From: Eledone cirrhosa
Taxonomy: Eukaryota
Length of the DNA: 64,000 nucleotides
Assembly: GCA_964016885.1 (NCBI GenBank)
Contig: OZ024741.1
Coordinates: 276,148,001-276,212,000, forward strand
Direction of reading: 5' to 3'
Shown here: one piece after another, positions 48,201-60,740 of the stretch
How positions within the stretch are numbered: the stretch's first letter is position 1
Layout of the letters: each line of letters begins with the position of its first letter
Notes under the pieces: generated by a model
Database searches by the model: none
What the model was told of the DNA's origin: nothing
What the model saw: only the letters and a program-made list of their open reading frames with translations
Made by a program: the position numbers and the translations under genes

Positions 48201-51200
48201 TATAAAGTGGTCATGTAGGTGTCACCACAGAAAACACCCAGTACACACCGTAAAGTGGTCATGTAGGTGTCACCACAGAAAACACCCAGTACACACTATA
48301 AAGTGGTCATGTAGGTGTCACCGCAGAAAACACCCAGTACACACTATAAAGTGGTCATGTAGGTGTCACCACAGAAAACACCCAGTACACACCGTAAAGT
48401 CGTCATGTAGGTGTCACCACAGAAAACACCCAGTACACACTATAAAGTGGTCATGTAGGTGTCACCGCAGAAAACACCCAGTACACACTATAAAGTGATC
48501 ATGTAGGTGTTACCACAGAAAACACCCAGTACACACCGTAAAGTGGTCATGTAGGTGTCACCACAGAAAACACCCAGTACACACTATAAAGTGGTTATGT
48601 AGGTGTCACCACAGAAAACACCCAGTACACACCGTAAAGTGGTCATGTAGGTGTCACCACAGAAAACACCCAGTACACACCGTAAAGTGGTCATGTAGGT
48701 GTCACCACAGAAAACACCTAGTACACACCGTAAAGTGGTCATGTAGGTGTCACCACAGAAAACACCCAGTGCACACCGTAAAGTGGTCATGTAGGTGTTA
48801 CCACAGAAAACACCCAGTACACACCGTAAAGTGGTCATGTAGGTGTCACCACAGAAAACACCCAGTACACACTGTAAAGTGGTCATGTAGGTGTCACCAC
48901 AGAAAACACCCAGTACACACTATAAAGTGGTCATGTAGGTGTTACCACAGAAAACACCCAGTATACACCGTAAAGTGGTCATGTAGGTGTCACCACAGGA
49001 AACACCAAGTACACACCGTAAAGTGGTCATGTAGGTGTCACCACAGAAAACACCCAGTACACACCGTAAAGTGGTCATGTAGGTGTCACCACAGACAACA
49101 CTCAGTACACACTATAAAGTGGTCATGTAGGTGTCACCACAGAAAACACCCAGTACACACTATAAAGTGGTCATGTAGGTGTCACCACAGAAAACACCCA
49201 GTACACACCGTAAAGTGGTCATGTAGGTGTCACCACAGAAAACACCCAGTACACACCGTAAAGTGGTCATGTAGGTGTCACCACAGAAAACACCCAGTAC
49301 ACACCGTAAAGTGGTCATGTAGGTGTTACCACAGAAAACACCCAGTACACACCGTAAAGTGGTCATGTAGGTGTCACCACAGAAAACACCCAGTACACAC
49401 TATAAAGTGGTCATGTAGGTGTCACCACAGAAAACACCCAGTACACACTATAAAGTGGTCATGTAGGTGTCACCACAGAAAACACCCAGTACACACCGTA
49501 AAGTGGTCATCTAGGTGTCACCACAGAAAACACCCAGTACACACTATAAAGTGGTCATGTAGGTGTCACCACAGAAAACACCCAGTACACACTATAAAGT
49601 GGTCATGTAGGTGTTACCACAGAAAACACCCAGTACACCGAAAAATGGTCATGTAGGTGTCACCACAGAAAACACCCAGTACACACCGTAAAGTGGTCAT
49701 GTAGGTGTCACCACAGAAAACACCCAGTACACACCGTAAAGTGGTCATGTAGGTGTCACCACAGAAAACACCCAGTACACACCGTAAAGTGGTCATGTAG
49801 GTGTCACCACAGAAAACACCCAGTACACACCGTAAAGTGGTCATGTAGGTGTCACCACAGAAAACACACAGTACACACCGTAAAGTGGTCATGTAGGTGT
49901 CACCACAGAAAACACCCAGTACACACTATAAAGTGGTCATGTAGGTGTCACCACAGAAAACACCCAGTACACACCGTAAAGTGGTTATGTAGGTGTCACC
50001 ACAGAAAACACCCAGTACACACCGTAAAGTGGTCATGTAGGTGTCACCACAGAAACGCCCAGTACACACCGTAAAGTGATCATGTAGGTGTCACCACAGA
50101 AAACACCCAGTACACACTATAAAGTGGTCATGTAGGTGTCACCACAGAAAACACCCAGTACACACCGTAAAGTGGTCATGTAGGTGTTACCACAGAAAAC
50201 ACCCAGTACACACCGTAAAGTGGTCATGTAGGTGTCACCACAGAAAACACCCAGTACACACTGTAAAGTGGTCATGTAGGTGTCACCACAGAAAATACCC
50301 AGTACACACTATAAAGTGGTCATGTAGGTGTTACCACAGAAAACACCCAGTACACACCGTAAAGTGGTCATGTAGGTGTCACCACAGGAAACACCCAGTA
50401 CACACCGTAAAGTGGTCTTGTAGGTGTCACCACAGGAAACACCCAGTACACACCGTAAAGTGGTCATGTAGGTGTCACCACAGAAAACACCCAGTACACA
50501 CCGTAAAGTGGTCATGTAGGTGTCACCACAGAAAACACCCAGTACACACTATAAAGTGGTCATGTAGGTGTCACCACAGAAAACACCCAGTACACACTAT
50601 AAAGTGGTCATGTAGGTGTCACCACAGAAAACACCCAGTACACACCGTAAAGTGGTCATCTAGGTGTCACCACAGAAAACACCCAGTACACACCGTAAAG
50701 TGGTCATGTAGGTGTTACCACAGAAAACACCCAGTACACACCGTAAAGTGGTCATGTAGGTGTCACCACAGAAAACACCCAGTACACACTATAAAGTGGT
50801 CATGTAGGTGTTACCACAGAAAACACCCAGTACACACTATAAAGTGGTCATGTAGGTGTCACCACAGAAAACACCCAGTACACACTATAAAGTGGTCATG
50901 TAGGTGTCACCACAGAAAACACCCAGTACACACCGTAAAGTGGTCATCTAGGTGTCACCACAGAAAACACCCAGTACACACTATAAAGTGGTCATGTAGG
51001 TGTTACCACAGAAAACACCCAGTACACACCGTAAAGTGGTCATGTAGGTGTCACCACAGAAAACACCCAGTACACACTATAAAGTGGTTATGTAGGTGTC
51101 ACCACAGAAAACACCCAGTACACACCGTAAAGTGGTCATGTAGGTGTCACCGCAGAAAACACCCAGTACACACTATAAAGTGGTCATGTAGGTGTTACCA

Positions 51201-54200
51201 CAGAAAACACCCAGTACACACCGTAAAGTGGTCATGTAGGTGTCACCACAGAAAACACCCAGTACACACTATAAAGTGGTCATGTAGGTGTCACCACAGA
51301 AAACACCCAGTACACACCGTAAAGTGGTCATGTAGGTGTCACCACAGAAAACACCCAGTACACACCGTAAAGTGGTCATGTAGGTGTCACCACAGAAAAC
51401 ACCCAGTACACACTATAAAGTGGTCATGTAGGTGTCACCACAGAAAACACCCAGTACACACCATAAAGTGGTCATGTAGGTGTCACCACAGAAAACACCC
51501 AGTACACACAGTAAAGTGGTCATGTAGGTGTCACCACAGAAAACACCCAGTACACACTATAAAGTGGTCATGTAGGTGTCACCACAGAAAACACCCAGTA
51601 CACACCGTAAAATGGTCATGTAGGTGTCACCACAGAAAACGCCCAGTACACACTATAAAGTGGTCATGTAGGTGTTACCACAGAAAACACCCAGTACACA
51701 CCGTAAAGTGGTCATGTAGGTGTCACCACAGGAAACACCCAGTACACACCGTAAAGTGGTCATGTAGGTGTCACCACAGGAAACACCCAGTACACACCGT
51801 AAAGTGGTCATGTAGGTGTTACCACAGAAAACACCCAGTACACACCGTAAAGTGGTCATGTAGGTGTCACCACAGAAAACACCCAGTACACACTATAAAG
51901 TGGTCATGTAGGTGTCACCACAGAAAACACCTAGTACACACTATAAAGTGGTCATGTAGGTGTCACCACAGAAAACACCCAGTACACACCGTAAAGTGGT
52001 CATCTAGGTGTCACCACAGAAAACACCCAGTACACACTATAAAGTGGTCATGTAGGTGTCACCACAGAAAACACCCAGTACACACCGTAAAGTGGTCATG
52101 TAGGTGTCACCACAGAAAACACCCAGTACACACCGTAAAGTGGTCATGTAGGTGTCACCACAGAAAACACCCAGTACACACTATAAAGTGGTCATGTAGG
52201 TGTCACCACAGAAAACACCCAGTACACACCGTAAAGTGGTCATGTAGGTGTCACCACAGAAAACACCCAGTACACACCGTAAAGTGGTCATGTAGGTGTC
52301 ACCACAGAAAACACCCAGTACACACTATAAAGTGGTCATGTAGGTGTCACCGCAGAAAACACCCAGTACACACTATAAAGTGGTCATGTAGGTGTCACCA
52401 CAGAAAACACCCAGTACACACTATAAAGTGGTCATGTAGGTGTTACCACAGAAAACACCCAGTACACACCGTAAAGTGGTCATGTAGGTGTCACCACAGA
52501 AAACACCCAGTACACACTATAAAGTGGTTATGTAGGTGTCACCACAGAAAACACCCAGTACACACCGTAAAGTGGTCATGTAGGTGTCACCGCAGAAAAC
52601 ACCCAGTACACACTATAAAGTGGTCATGTAGGTGTTACCACAGAAAACACCCAGTACACACCGTAAAGTGGTCATGTAGGTGTCACCACAGAAAACACCC
52701 AGTACACACTATAAAGTGGTCATGTAGGTGTCACCACAGAAAACACCCAGTACACACCGTAAAGTGGTCATGTAGGTGTCACCACAGAAAACACCCAGTA
52801 CACACCGTAAAGTGGTCATGTAGGTGTCACCACAGAAAACACCCAGTACACACTATAAAGTGGTCATGTAGGTGTCACCACAGAAAACACCCAGTACACA
52901 CCATAAAGTGGTCATGTAGGTGTCACCACAGAAAACACCCAGTACACACCGTAAAGTGGTCATGTAGGTGTCACCACAGAAAACACCCAGTACACACTAT
53001 AAAGTGGTCATGTAGGTGTCACCACAGAAAACACCCAGTATACACCGTAAAGTGGTCATGTAGGTGTCACCACAGAAAACGCCCAGTACACACTATAAAG
53101 TGGTCATGTAGGTGTTACCACAGAAAACACCCAGTACACACCGTAAAGTGGTCATGTAGGTGTCACCACAGGAAACACCCAGTACACACCGTAAAGTGGT
53201 CATGTAGGTGTCACCACAGGAAACACCCAGTACACACCGTAAAGTGGTCATGTAGGTGTCACCACAGGAAACACCCAGTACACACCGTAAAGTGGTCATG
53301 TAGGTGTCACCACAGAAAACACCCAGTACACACCGTAAAGTGGTCATGTAGGAGTCATGACAAAAAACACCCAGGACACCGTAAAGTGGTCATGTAGGTG
53401 TCACCACAGAAAACACCCAGTACACACCGTAAAGTGGTCATGTAGGTGTCACCACAGAAAACACCCAGTACACACCGTAAAGTGGTCATGTAGGTGTCAC
53501 CACAGAAAACACCCAGTACACACCGTAAAGTGGTCATGTAGGTGTTACCACAGAAAACACCCAGTACACACCGTAAAGTGGTCATGTAGGTGTCACCACA
53601 GAAAACACCCAGTACACACCGTAAAGTGGTCATGTAGGTGTCACCACAGGAAACACCCAGTACACACCGTAAAGTGGTCATGTAGGTGTCACCACAGGAA
53701 ACACCCAGTACACACCGTAAAGTGGTCATGTAGGTGTCACCACAGAAAACACCCAGTACACACCGTAAAGTGGTCATGTAGGAGTCATGACAAAAAACAC
53801 CCAGTACACCGTAAAGTGGTCATGTAGGTGTCACCACAGAAAACGCCCAGTACACACCGTAAAGTGGTCATGTAGGTGTCACCACAGAAAACACCCAGTA
53901 CACACCGTAAAGTGGTCATGTAGGTGTCACCACAGAAAACACCCAGTACACACCGTAAAGTGGTCATGTAGGTGTTACCACAGAAAACACCCAGTACATA
54001 CCGTAAAGTGGTCATGTAGGTGTCACCACAGGAAACACCCAGTACACACCGTAAAGTGGTCAAGTAGGTGTCACCACAGGAAACACCCAGTACACACCGT
54101 AAAGTGGTCAAGTAGGTGTCACCACAGGAAACACCCAGTACACACCGTAAAGTGGTCATGTAGGTGTCACCACAGAAAACACTCAGTACACACCGTAAAG

Positions 54201-54778
54201 TGGTCATGTAGGAGTCATGACAAAAAACACCCAGTACACCGTAAAGTGGTTATGTAGGTGTCACCACAGAAAACACCCAGTACACACCGTAAAGTGGTCA
54301 TGTAGGTGTCACCACAGAAAACGCCCAGTACACACTATAAAGTGGTCATGTAGGTGTCACCACAGAAAACACCCAGTACACACCGTAAAGTGGTCATGTA
54401 GGTGTCACCACAGAAAACACCCAGTACACACCGTAAAGTGGTCATGTAGGTGTCACCACAGAAAACGCCCAGTACACACTATAAAGTGGTCATGTAGGTG
54501 TCACCGCAGAAAACACCCAGTACACACCGTAAAGTGGTCATGTAGGTGTCACCACAGAAAACACCCAGTACACACCGTAAAGTGGTCATGTAGGTGTCAC
54601 CACAGAAAACACCCAGTACACACCGTAAAGTGGTCATGTAGGTGTCACCACAGAAAACACCCAGTACACACCGTAAAGTGGTCATGTAGTTGTCACCACA
54701 GAAAACACCCAGTACACACTATAAAGTGGTCATGTAGGTGTCACCACAGAAAACACCCAGTACACACTATAAAGTGAT
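33250..54778. repeat. 48-bp satellite array (~21.5 kb, ~450 units) in the last UFD1 intron
   Basis: Consensus ACACCGTAAAGTGGTCATGTAGGTGTCACCACAGAAAACACCCAGTAC. Confidence 0.99.
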
Positions 54779-54979
54779 GTCTAACTTATATATATATGTG
54801 TGTGTGTATATATGTTTGTATAAATCTGTAACATATATATGTGTGTATGTATAGAGCCGTAACTCCTGAAGGAGGAGTCAGGTGGTGCCATAGTGAGATA
54901 TGACATATATGTGTATTAACCACTGTTTTACAAGAACATAACACAGGAAGGCGAGATTCACAAGTATAAACCAAATTTA

Positions 54980-55890
54980 TAAATTGTTTCTACTTTTTGG
55001 CACAAGGCCAGAAATTTGAAGGGTTTGAATCAACCCCAGTGTTTTACTCTATTATTCTATTATGTGTTACCGCCAACAGGCTGAGGCCATGCTGGGGCAC
55101 TGCCATTGATGCTACACTTCCTATAGCCAGCCTTCCCTCATTGGCCATTGATGCATTGACCCAGTAAGGATGAAAGGCACAGCTAACCTCGATGGGATTT
55201 GAAGTCAGAATGTAAAGGGCTGTAACTCTATGCTGCAAAGCATGTTGTCTGATGCTCTACTGATTACGGCAAATCCACCAACTTGAATAATTATTTCTAA
55301 TTTAGGCAGTTTTGGGGGTAGAGGGGAAAGTTGATTAAATCGAGATCAGTTCTTTACTGGTACTTTATTTTATCGACCCTGGAAGGATGAAAAGCAAAGT
55401 TAACCCTGGCGACATTTGAACTCAGAACAAATAGTGCTAATGATGTGTTCAATGTTCTACCAACTCTACCAATCTGAATAATAATAATAATGATGATGAT
55501 AATTATTATTTCTACTTTAGGCACAAGGCCAGCAATTTTGGGGAATAGTTGATTAAATGGACCCCAGTGCATTACCGGTGCTTTATTTTATCAACCACGT
55601 AAGGATGAAAGGCAAAGGATTTGAACTCAGAACATAAAGGGCTGTAATTCTATGCTGCGAAGCATGTTCTCCGATGCTCTACCGATTCTGCCAATCCAAT
55701 AATAATAACTGTTTCTACTTTAGGCACAAGGCCAGCAATTACCCAGTGCATTACTGGTACTTTATTTTATCGACCCCGTAAGCATGAAAGACAAAGTCAA
55801 CCTCGGCGGCATTTGAACTCAGATCGTAAAGGGACGTAACTATGCTGGAAAGCATGGCGTCCGACCCTCTACCGATACTGCCAAACCAAC
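54980..55890 (-). mobile_element. Cluster of about 4-5 head-to-tail tRNA-derived SINEs (Nin/Deu-like)
   Basis: Repeated GGATGAAAGGCAAAG..GATTTGAACTCAG and TTTCTACTTTAGGCACAAGGCCAG blocks. Confidence 0.85.
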
Positions 55891-55903
55891 GTTCAATACT
55901 TAC

Positions 55904-55979
55904 ATCATTTTCATTTGATGGACGAACAGTTCTGATGAATGAAATGCTTCCTGGCTTGTAATCATAATTAGGAATGCCA
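55904..55979 (-). CDS. UFD1: UFD1 penultimate coding exon (GIPNYDYKPGSISFIRTVRPSNEND)
   Basis: ccatctag|TGGCATT...AATGAT|gtaagt; 76 nt, phase 2-0; corresponds to the human Npl4-binding segment GIPNYEFKLGKITFIR. Confidence 0.95.
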
Positions 55980-56379
55980 CTAGATGGATAGATAGAAAGA
56001 CAGAGAGATGGTAGATTAGAGAGAGTTGATAGAGAGACAGAGAGATGATAGAGAGAAAGAGACAGACATGGACAGGTAGACAGACAGACACAGACAGACA
56101 GTCACATACGGACAAGCAGACAGACAGGCAAACATACAGACACACATGGACAGACAGATACACAGACTGAATGTATGTCATTATCGTTCATTAACATATT
56201 TCTTCCTACACAGAGCCTTGTTACTGAAGTAAGACAACAAATGTTTTGCCAAGAACCACAGCATGGAGCTGACATTAGTTTGGTCCCTGAGAGAACATTT
56301 GCTACAAAGAGGATGAAGAAATGGAGATAGGAACTCTGTAAGTTGTGTAGCAGAAAAGTAAATTAAAAAGAATAGAAAA

Positions 56380-57230
56380 TCATTACTGGCACCCCATCAG
56401 TTACGATGATAAGTGTTCCAGTTGATACAATCAATGGAACAACCTGCTCATCTAAACTATAATAAAGGAAGGTCTGCGGGACTGCGTATGGTTTATTTTT
56501 TTTTACCCCGTTAGTAAAATAAGTTGGATTACTTTGAATAAATAATGAATGAATATTACATAATTTATCTACTGAATTTCGTAAACAAAAATAATTTTGT
56601 AAAAATAAATAATTTAAAATTGACTTCTTTTCAAAGTTGCACTTCCGCTATATCATCGCCACCACCATCAATTCAACTACCATATATATAGAAAGAGTGA
56701 TTGTGTGATGTCAACACTTCTGGTGGCGATCGCTTAAATAAACATACTAATTTTCTCCTAATGCAGTTTATATATAATATCGTCTTTTTTTAATGTATCA
56801 TGGATTACGTTACTGATTACATAAGACAGTGTAACGTAGTCTTCATTCAATTTCTGTGTATATTGTCAAGTACGATTTTATTTGATGTATCATATCTACA
56901 TGTATATATACCTGCGTATAATATCAATATACAGACTACACATGCTATCAGAAAACCAAGGTTTTTCTTCTAGTGAAATTAATGTATAAGTGGCTGAGCA
57001 TTCCACAAACACGTGTACCCTTAACATAGTTGTCATGGAGATTCAGCGTAACACAGAATGTGACAAGGCTGGCCCTTCGAATTACAGGTACAACTCATTT
57101 TTCCCAACTGAGTAGAGTGGAGCAACATGAAATAAAGAGTCTTGCTCAAGGACACAATATGCTACCAGAAATCAAACTCACGAACTTATGATCATGAGCT
57201 GAATACCCTATGCACAAAGTCACGCGCCTT
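56380..57230 (-). mobile_element. tRNA-derived SINE split by a Helitron insertion
   Basis: ...AACCTGCTCA | TGAAATTAATG... rejoin to the family sequence seen intact at 28861. Confidence 0.8.
56451..56973 (+). mobile_element. Complete non-autonomous Helitron (523 bp)
   Basis: A|TCTAAACTATAATAAAGG ... AGAAAACCaaGGTTTTT hairpin ... CTAG|T; no target duplication. Confidence 0.88.
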
Positions 57231-57641
57231 TACTATAAAACCATAGAGGGTGAATAGATAGCAAGGGCACCCAGCTGTCAACAGAGACATTCACAACAAC
57301 TAAGATTACTAGTTTCTTCTGTTGCTGAGTGTGGACTGATGACAAGCAATCGCAAGATGCTGTGCAATAACAACAGACTTGCAACCTATGCAAGCAAGAA
57401 ACATAAGTAAAAAAAACTTCAAATGATTTTATGGGCAAAAACAACTGGTAGGAGACCCAGAGCTTAGCTGGACTCTCTTGGGGGACAACAACTAAAATCA
57501 CTGAGACTCACAGAGGAAGTGACAAAGAAACACGATAAGTGAAGAAATGCTGTGCTGAAAAGAACCCATCCAACCCATGTAAGCGTAGAAAAGCAGACAT
57601 AAAAACAATAATGGTGATGATGACCAAGAGAAGATACATAC

Positions 57642-57730
57642 CGTTTCAGGGTGGAGGGCTGCGCATTAACAGGTTGGGTGTCTGATATTCTTTTCTTACC
57701 ATCAAGACGGTTTCCTTCCCCAGCAAATGC
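57642..57730 (-). CDS. UFD1: UFD1 coding exon (AFAGEGNRLDGKKRISDTQPVNAQPSTLKR)
   Basis: cattttcacag|GCATTT...AAACG|gtatgt; 89 nt, phase 0-2; first SHP box, human AFSGSGNRLDGKKK. Confidence 0.95.
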
Positions 57731-57942
57731 CTGTGAAAATGAAGAGGAGGGAGTAGAAAAAATATAGAAGAAAAAGCAAAAATCAAAGAAACAAGTTTTA
57801 AATTATTCTTCTGACTGCAGTTGGTATGGCTGTGTGGTTAAGTAGCTTACTTTGTAACCACACTGTCTGGAGTTTGATACCACTGCATCCCACTGATAAG
57901 TGCTTTCTACCGTAGCCTTCAGACAATCAAAACTGTGTGTAA

Positions 57943-57974
<32 letters not shown>

Positions 57975-57982
<8 letters not shown>

Positions 57983-59250
57983 TCATCATCATTTAACGTC
58001 CATCTTCCACGCTTGCATGGGTTTGGACGGGAATTTTCCCACTTGAGACAAGATTGGTTGTCTTGCTCGTATGGCCCTGTGGTGGGTTTTCTACGGCTGG
58101 ATGCCCTTCCTAACACCAACCATGTTTACAGTGTGGACTGGGAGGTTTTTACCGTGTTACCTACACGGCCACATTACAGCGTGGACTGTGTGTTTTTTTG
58201 TCATGACACCTACACGACCTCATTTGTTTCGGACTGGATGTTGTGGTACCAACATAACTTTACATTGAAAGGGGTGGTGTGGATGGGGTGGGGGTAGTGG
58301 GACGGGGGTGTATTTTTGTTAAAGGTGCCTACTGACTGTAGTAGGTTTCACTTTGTACTTAGGTAAGGCGGGTCTTCTGTATTACTGTGTATCGCCAAAG
58401 ATCTCGGTCCAGTGACATTGTCGTGTGAGGTCGGAATTTAGCAAGTCGTCCCAGGTTTTTCTGGGTCTGCCTACTCCGTGGCTACCGTCTATTTTTATTG
58501 CCCTGCACTTTTTATACAGCTGTCGTCTTTCATGCTCATCACGTGACCGTACCAACGTAGTCTTCTCTCGAGTAAACAGCATCTGATCGCTCTTATTCCT
58601 AGTTTCTCCCTTAGTTCGTTTATGCTTTGCCGTTCACGTATATTACTATTACACATCCAGCGGAGCATGCAAGCTTCGTTCCTCTCCAGTCTGCATATAT
58701 CCTCTGCACACAATGCCCAGGTCTCACTGCCATGCAACATTGCTGTTTGTATACAGGCATCATACAGCCTGCCTTTCATTTTTAGTGAGAACCCTTTAGC
58801 AGCCAATAATGGTATAAGCTCTCTGAACTTTTTCCATCCCGTTCTGACTCTAGCTACTGTACTTTCGGAGCACCCTCCACCACTGCTGATTTTGTCACCC
58901 AGGTAACGGAAGGTGTTCACTATTTCTATAGAACCATCTGTGCAATGGAATGAGCTAGTATTCTGTGGGCATTTGCTACTACTTATTGCACCAGAGCACC
59001 GGCCACATATAAAATCTATATTCTTAGTTAGCTTACCTGTGATACCACTACATCTTTTATGCACCCATACTTTGCATTTGGGACATAAAATGGAGTTTGT
59101 GCCTACTCCTTTCCTACACACTGAGCATGGCCATTTCCCAGATGGGACTGGTGCCCTATTTTCCTTCCTACAAACTAGAACTTTAGTCTTAGACAGGTTA
59201 ATTTTAAGGCCTTTTGATTCTAGGCCATGCTTCCATATTTGGAATTTCTT
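57975..59250 (-). mobile_element. RTE-clade LINE, 5'-truncated, PHD-like finger within the RT C-terminal region
   Basis: ORF 58495-59292: GLKINLSKTKVL...KWPCSVC...CPKC..WVHKRC...CGRC...FRYLG...MLHGSETW...RLRWYGHV. Confidence 0.95.
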
Positions 59251-59329
59251 CTCTATATATACATATATACACATACACACATATGCTAGCATGGAAGATG
59301 GACATTAAACGATGATGATGATGGTGATA

Positions 59330-59778
59330 TCTTAACTATAATAAAGAAAGGAACGCGGGACTGTGTCCAGAATATATTTTTTTACCCCATTTGTAAAATA
59401 AGTTGGATTACTTTGAATAAATAATGAATGAATATTACATAATTTATGTGCTAAATTTCGTGGCTGTTGATTAAATATATTTTATAGCTTAATTAAAGAT
59501 TCACTTCTTTAAAATTTTAAAATGTCAACACTTCCGGTTAGGGGCCGTTATATTATAACACTTATAAAAATATCGCATATATTTCCGTCGCTAATTTTCT
59601 CCCAATGCAGTTTATATATAATATTGTCTTTTTTAAATGTATCATGGATTACTTTACTGATTACATAAGACAGTGTAACATAGACTTCGTTCAATTTCTG
59701 TGTATATTGTCAATTACGATTTTATTTGATGTATATATATTTGTGTATAATATCAATATACACATTACACATGATAGT
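59330..59778 (+). mobile_element. Second, 3'-truncated copy of the Helitron at 56451
   Basis: A|TCTTAACTATAATAAAG start; long shared blocks (GTAAAATAAGTTGGATTACTTTGAATAAATAATGAATG). Confidence 0.8.
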
Positions 59779-59879
59779 GTATATAATGGCTGACTCAAAA
59801 CATGTTTTTTCTCCCCTTTTTTCTCATTTTTTTCCAATTCTTTCCCCGTCTCTCTATTTATCTTCTATTTCTAACCCTA

Positions 59880-59915
59880 TCTTCTGATGAAAGACTAGTG
59901 TCTGAAACATAAAGA
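59880..59915 (+). ncRNA. Ultra-minimal, probably decayed hammerhead motif
   Basis: TCTT-CTGATGA-aAGAC tagt GTCT-GAAA-CA-TA-AAGA. Confidence 0.5.
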
Positions 59916-60224
59916 CTCTTTTCCTGCTATTTCAAGCATTAAACTAATATATTTCTTCAATGTACTATGTTATTCAGCTCCAAGGCAGTAAAACAATACC
60001 TGACTAATTACTTATAAAGTGTAGCAATAACAATATTTGGAAAGTCAAACTGCCTGTGTAGTTAGTAACTGTACTAGTTTAGTAGTTTGAAAGCTTAAGT
60101 TTGAATCCTGTTTGAAAAATGTCTCTGAAAGTAAAGTTTGAGAGATTAACATCTTGTCATGTAAGGTACAGGGCTCAGTTACAATACTACTTTATTGCTC
60201 TCATATTTCATATAATTTACATCC

Positions 60225-60740
60225 ACATCTGATATAATCTAACTACCCCCACATCTTATATAATCTGCCCCCACGTCTCATATAATCTGCCCCCACATCT
60301 CATATAATCTGCCCTCACGTCTCATATAATCTACCCCCACGTCTCATATAATCTACCCCCACGTCTCATGTAATCTACCTCCACGTCTCATATAATCTAC
60401 CCCCACGTCTCATGTAATCTACCCCCACGTCTCATATAATCTGCCCCCACATCTTATATAATCTGCCCCCACTTCTCATATAATCTACTCCGTCTCATAT
60501 AATCTACCCCCACGTCTCATATAATCTGCCCCCACATCTCATATAATCTGCCCCCACGTCTCATATAATCTACTCCCACGTCTCATATAATCTACCCCCA
60601 CGTCTCATATAATCTAACTACCCCCACATCTCATATAATCTAACTACCCCCATGTCTCAAATAATCTAACTACCCCCACCCCTCATATCATATAATCTAA
60701 CTAGCCCACCCCTCGTATCTCATTATCTAACTAGCCCCCT
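60225..60740. repeat. ~22-bp C-rich minisatellite (TCATATAATCTACCCCCACGTC)
   Basis: About 22 copies visible. Confidence 0.93.

Noticed and set aside
33250-54778. 48-bp array as a CRISPR array or a C2H2 zinc-finger gene
   Set aside because: No unique spacers or cas genes; spacing does not fit C-x2-C-x12-H-x3-H and there are no TGEKP linkers; the monomer derives from a LINE 3' UTR
33250-54778. CCGT versus CTAT monomer variants as two-strand CpG deamination
   Set aside because: LINE copies and the left-edge monomers have CTGT, so each variant is a single step from the ancestor; methylation need not be invoked
57820-57920. tRNA gene (also 13015-13080 and SINE heads)
   Set aside because: Only degenerate A/B boxes without a full cloverleaf; these are SINE heads
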